64,000 nt of DNA, from assembly GCA_902622475.1 (NCBI GenBank), contig CACNPW010000001.1, forward strand, positions 2,217 to 66,216. Direction: 5' to 3'. Both the position numbers and the translations under genes were made by a program. Origin of the DNA: an uncultured Alphaproteobacteria bacterium (lineage in GTDB: Bacteria > Pseudomonadota > Alphaproteobacteria > HIMB59 > GCA-002718135). Position 1 is the first letter of the stretch, and each line of letters starts with the position of its first letter. Of this stretch, positions 61,472-64,000 are shown in pieces. Under the pieces are notes generated by a model. The model was not told the DNA's origin. It saw only the letters and a list, made by a program, of their open reading frames with translations, and did not search any database.

Positions 61472-62077
61472 TTACTTGGATAATTTAATTTTACTTTCAG
61501 TTTTGTTTATGAGTCTTTTAATGTTTTCTGTGTGTTTATGATAAATAATTAAAGTTAAATAAATAAAGAAAATTAGAATATAAAAATTAAAATTAATAAA
61601 AATATAATAAGATGGAGCTACTAAAATTCCAATTAAAGATCCAAGAGAAGAGTATTTACTTACAAAAGCTGTTACGAGCCATACTAATAAAAATAATATT
61701 CCAATATAAGGATTAAAACCAAATAAAAAACCAATATACGTTGCTACTCCTTTTCCACCTTTAAATTTCAACCAGACAGGATAGATGTGACCTAATATGG
61801 CAAAGTGACAGAGAAGTATTTTATTCAATAAAGAAATATCTTGAAAATACATTTGTAAAATGAGGAACGGAAGAAAGCCTTTAAAAATATCAAAACAAAG
61901 AACAATGAATGCTACAAATTTATTTCCTGTTCTTAAAACATTTGTTGCACCTACATTTCCAGAACCAACCTTTCTAATATCTCCCAAGCCAAATAATTTT
62001 GTAAAAATCAATGCAAAGGGTAATGATCCTATTACATAAAACAATATGATTAATGATAAACTACTTACTAAAGTCAT
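61472..62077 (-). CDS. plsY: Glycerol-3-phosphate acyltransferase PlsY
   Basis: GSGNVGATNVLR and KGGKGVAT motifs. Polytopic membrane protein. Confidence 0.93.
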   Translation of the reverse strand: MTLVSSLSLIILFYVIGSLPFALIFTKLFGLGDIRKVGSGNVGATNVLRTGNKFVAFIVLCFDIFKGFLPFLILQMYFQDISLLNKILLCHFAILGHIYPVWLKFKGGKGVATYIGFLFGFNPYIGILFLLVWLVTAFVSKYSSLGSLIGILVAPSYYIFINFNFYILIFFIYLTLIIYHKHTENIKRLINKTESKIKLSK

Positions 62078-63215
62078 CTCTGTTTTTAATAATTAAGTCT
62101 AAGCATGCCATTCGTACTGCAACACCCATAGCGACCTGTTCTTGTATTAAGCTCCTCGTGACGTCATCGGCAAGTTTTGAGTCTATTTCTACGCCACGGT
62201 TCATTGGACCTGGATGCATGACGAAAGCATTTTTTTTTGCATATTTAAGTTTATTGTAATCTAAACCATACTTTTTAAAATAAGTCTTTTGATTTGGCAT
62301 TATTTTCCCAACTATTCTTTCTTTTTGAATACGTAGCATCATAACAATATCACAATTCTGTAATCCCTTTTTCATTTCTGTATAAACGTTCACAGGTAGT
62401 TTATTTAAACTTTTTGGTAACCATTCTTTAGGCCCAATAACATTTATTTTTGCACCTAACTTTGATAGTATGATTATGTTTGATCGAGCAACACGGCTAT
62501 GTAAAATATCCCCGCAAATAGCAATTTTTAATTTTGCGAAATTTTCAAATTTATTTTTAATAGTAAGTGCATCTAATAACGCTTGTGTGGGATGCTCATG
62601 ACTTCCATCACCAGCGTTTATTACAGACGCATCTACTGTTTCTGAAATTTTTTTACTAATTCCTTCCTCTGGATGTCTGACAATTAAAACGTCAGGATTC
62701 ATTGAATTAATAGTAGTCATAGTATCGAGTAAGGTCTCACCTTTGTTAATAGAACTATCTTTTACCACTACATTAATGAGATCTGCTCCTAGCCTTTTAG
62801 CAGCAACTTCAAAACTTGTTCTTGTTCTTGTTGAATCTTCAAAAAAAAGATTAAATATTGTTCTTCCTTCTAAAATATTAATTTTTTTAATTTTCCTTTT
62901 ATTAAAAGTTATATATTTTTTAGATTCATCTAAAATGTGCTCAATTTCTTTCTTGGTTAAATCAGCTGTTTCTACTAAATGAATTTTTTTAAAAATATTT
63001 TTACTTCTTTTTAATTTGATATTTGTTTTTGAAGAAATTGATGAATAATATTTTAAAGCTATTTTTTCTGCATCTTTAAGAATTTTTGAACCTGTAGATG
63101 ATCTGATTGCTTTTAATTTTGGCATTTTCACTTTCATTTGCCAATATTTTGAATTTTCTCTTTTATATAATTTTATGTGTCCTGATTTAAGTAGCTTTGA
63201 ATTCATATGTGTCAA
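62061..63215 (-). CDS. pyrB: Aspartate carbamoyltransferase catalytic subunit with an unusual ~75-aa N-terminal extension
   Basis: STRTRTSFE, HPTQALLD and HPGPMNRG motifs. The ATCase core begins near residue 78, and no ATG, GTG or TTG lies close to that point. Confidence 0.9.
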   Translation of the reverse strand: MTHMNSKLLKSGHIKLYKRENSKYWQMKVKMPKLKAIRSSTGSKILKDAEKIALKYYSSISSKTNIKLKRSKNIFKKIHLVETADLTKKEIEHILDESKKYITFNKRKIKKINILEGRTIFNLFFEDSTRTRTSFEVAAKRLGADLINVVVKDSSINKGETLLDTMTTINSMNPDVLIVRHPEEGISKKISETVDASVINAGDGSHEHPTQALLDALTIKNKFENFAKLKIAICGDILHSRVARSNIIILSKLGAKINVIGPKEWLPKSLNKLPVNVYTEMKKGLQNCDIVMMLRIQKERIVGKIMPNQKTYFKKYGLDYNKLKYAKKNAFVMHPGPMNRGVEIDSKLADDVTRSLIQEQVAMGVAVRMACLDLIIKNRDDFSK

Positions 63216-63233
63216 TAATGTGTAAGTATGTGT
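63207..63233 (-). repeat. Three phased direct repeats ATGTGT(A/C)A (11- and 10-bp spacing) at the pyrB 5' end
   Basis: ATGTGT occurs at 63207-63212, 63218-63223 and 63228-63233 on the plus strand. In pyrB sense this reads TTACACAT/TTACACAT/TGACACAT. Confidence 0.5.
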
Positions 63234-63244
63234 AAACTAATTTA

Positions 63245-63703
63245 TTAATTATTTCTATATCTATCTAAATATCCTTGTAAAATATAAGCAGCCGATTGTT
63301 GATCAAGTTTACTTTTTATCTTTGTTTTACTTAAATCGGCTTTTCTCATTTCTTTAAAGATTACATCTGATGAAAATCTTTCATCCCAAAGAGCTGTAGG
63401 TTTCTTAAAAAAGGTTTGAAGATTCATATTAAAATCTCTTACTAATTGGCTTTGTTTGTTTTCACTATTATCTAGGCTAATCGGTAGACCAAGAATAAAT
63501 CCACCAATTTCATACTCTTTCAAAATATCTTTCATGATAATTAAATCTTTATTAGTTCCTTTTCTTTGGATAATTGAAAGAGGTGTAGCGATTATTTTCG
63601 ATCTATCGCTTACTGCAACACCAATCGTTTTAGTTCCTAGGTCTAGACCTACAAGTATTTGTGATGTATTAAGGCCATCGATTAAATTATTTTGATCATT
63701 CAT
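63245..63703 (-). CDS. ruvX: Holliday-junction-resolvase-like putative pre-16S rRNA nuclease (YqgF/RuvX)
   Basis: ILVGLDLGTKTIGVAVSD and DERFSS motifs. I preferred the start at M14 (63703) to avoid overlapping the gatC start. Confidence 0.88.
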   Translation of the reverse strand: MNDQNNLIDGLNTSQILVGLDLGTKTIGVAVSDRSKIIATPLSIIQRKGTNKDLIIMKDILKEYEIGGFILGLPISLDNSENKQSQLVRDFNMNLQTFFKKPTALWDERFSSDVIFKEMRKADLSKTKIKSKLDQQSAAYILQGYLDRYRNN

Positions 63704-63720
63704 ATAATGGAGCTCATAAA

Positions 63721-64000
63721 TTGAAGATTGATAAAAATACAATAAATAAAATTGCTCGTCTATCTAGAATAAAGTTAGATGATAAAGAATCTGAAGATTA
63801 TATTAAGGATCTTAATTCCATTTTAGACTGGGTAGAGCAGTTAAATGAAGTAAATACTGAAAATGTAGAACCGTTAAGTAACATATCATCATCAATTTTA
63901 CCTAAAAGAGAAGATGTATCTAATGATACTAATTCTAGTGAGGAAATTCTTGAAAATGCTCCTGATAAACTCGAGGGTTTTTTTGCGGTACCAAAGGTGG
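63721..64000 (+). CDS. gatC: Glu/Asp-tRNA amidotransferase subunit C (TTG start; 3' end just beyond window)
   Basis: My own translation gives (M)KIDKNTINKIARLSRIKLDDKESEDYIKDLNSILDWVEQLNEVNTENVEPL...LEGFFAVPKV. It is absent from the ORF track because no stop codon falls inside the window. Confidence 0.85.
   Translation, partial: MKIDKNTINKIARLSRIKLDDKESEDYIKDLNSILDWVEQLNEVNTENVEPLSNISSSILPKREDVSNDTNSSEEILENAPDKLEGFFAVPKV

Noticed and set aside
60552-63695. Plus-strand ORFs (68-114 aa) opposite topA, plsY/pyrB and ruvX
   Set aside because: They are nested opposite strongly supported genes.
1-64000. Search for CRISPR arrays, IS elements with inverted repeats, tRNA/rRNA genes and toxin-antitoxin pairs
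   Set aside because: No spaced direct repeats, no transposase-like ORFs, and no spacer long enough or GC-rich enough for structured RNA genes. The RatA-like SRPBCC gene has no partner antitoxin and sits in its conserved lipA-adjacent position.

Overview
The window is very AT-rich, with intergenic spacers mostly under 60 bp and many 4-50 nt gene overlaps. Gene order is alphaproteobacterial. By inference this is a streamlined marine alphaproteobacterium of the SAR11/'Candidatus Pelagibacter' type.

About 85% of the window is core housekeeping:
- rnj (5' end outside the window), proS, lolCD, dnaE
- rpsB-tsf-pyrH-frr-uppS-cdsA-dxr-bamA-skp-lpxD-fabZ-lpxA-lpxI-lpxB
- gltA and gltX (minus strand), lexA with SOS boxes
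- moaC-trpCDGE-ppiD (minus strand)
- tpiA-secG-pyrG-kdsA-eno-ftsB-pdhABC-lipA, ispDF/pgpA/cinA
- ntrYX-trkA, and topA-plsY-pyrB-ruvX (minus strand) next to gatC

I saw no tRNA, rRNA, CRISPR array or intact mobile element.

The only accessory-looking stretch is about 46.9-58.9 kb. It holds small-molecule transporters, redox enzymes, an ABC importer without an ATPase gene, a 2OG-Fe(II) oxygenase and a C1B peptidase.

The observations most worth a second look:
1. Two genes at the ends of the ABC/oxygenase cluster are each split by the same lesion. Both need a +1 frame change inside an A9 tract, and A8 would restore each gene. At least five longer or equal A/T runs in essential genes are in frame.
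2. pyrB has an in-frame extension of about 75 aa at its N terminus that resembles the arm-binding N terminus of P4-type tyrosine integrases. Three helically phased ATGTGT repeats sit just upstream.
3. A 75-aa orphan ORF has a phage ORF6C-like C-terminal motif.
4. An inverted pair of GTTC-N7-GTTC LexA boxes abuts the lexA start.
5. A lipoyl domain is encoded twice, on E1-beta and on E2.

No complete novel multi-gene system can be supported from the sequence alone.
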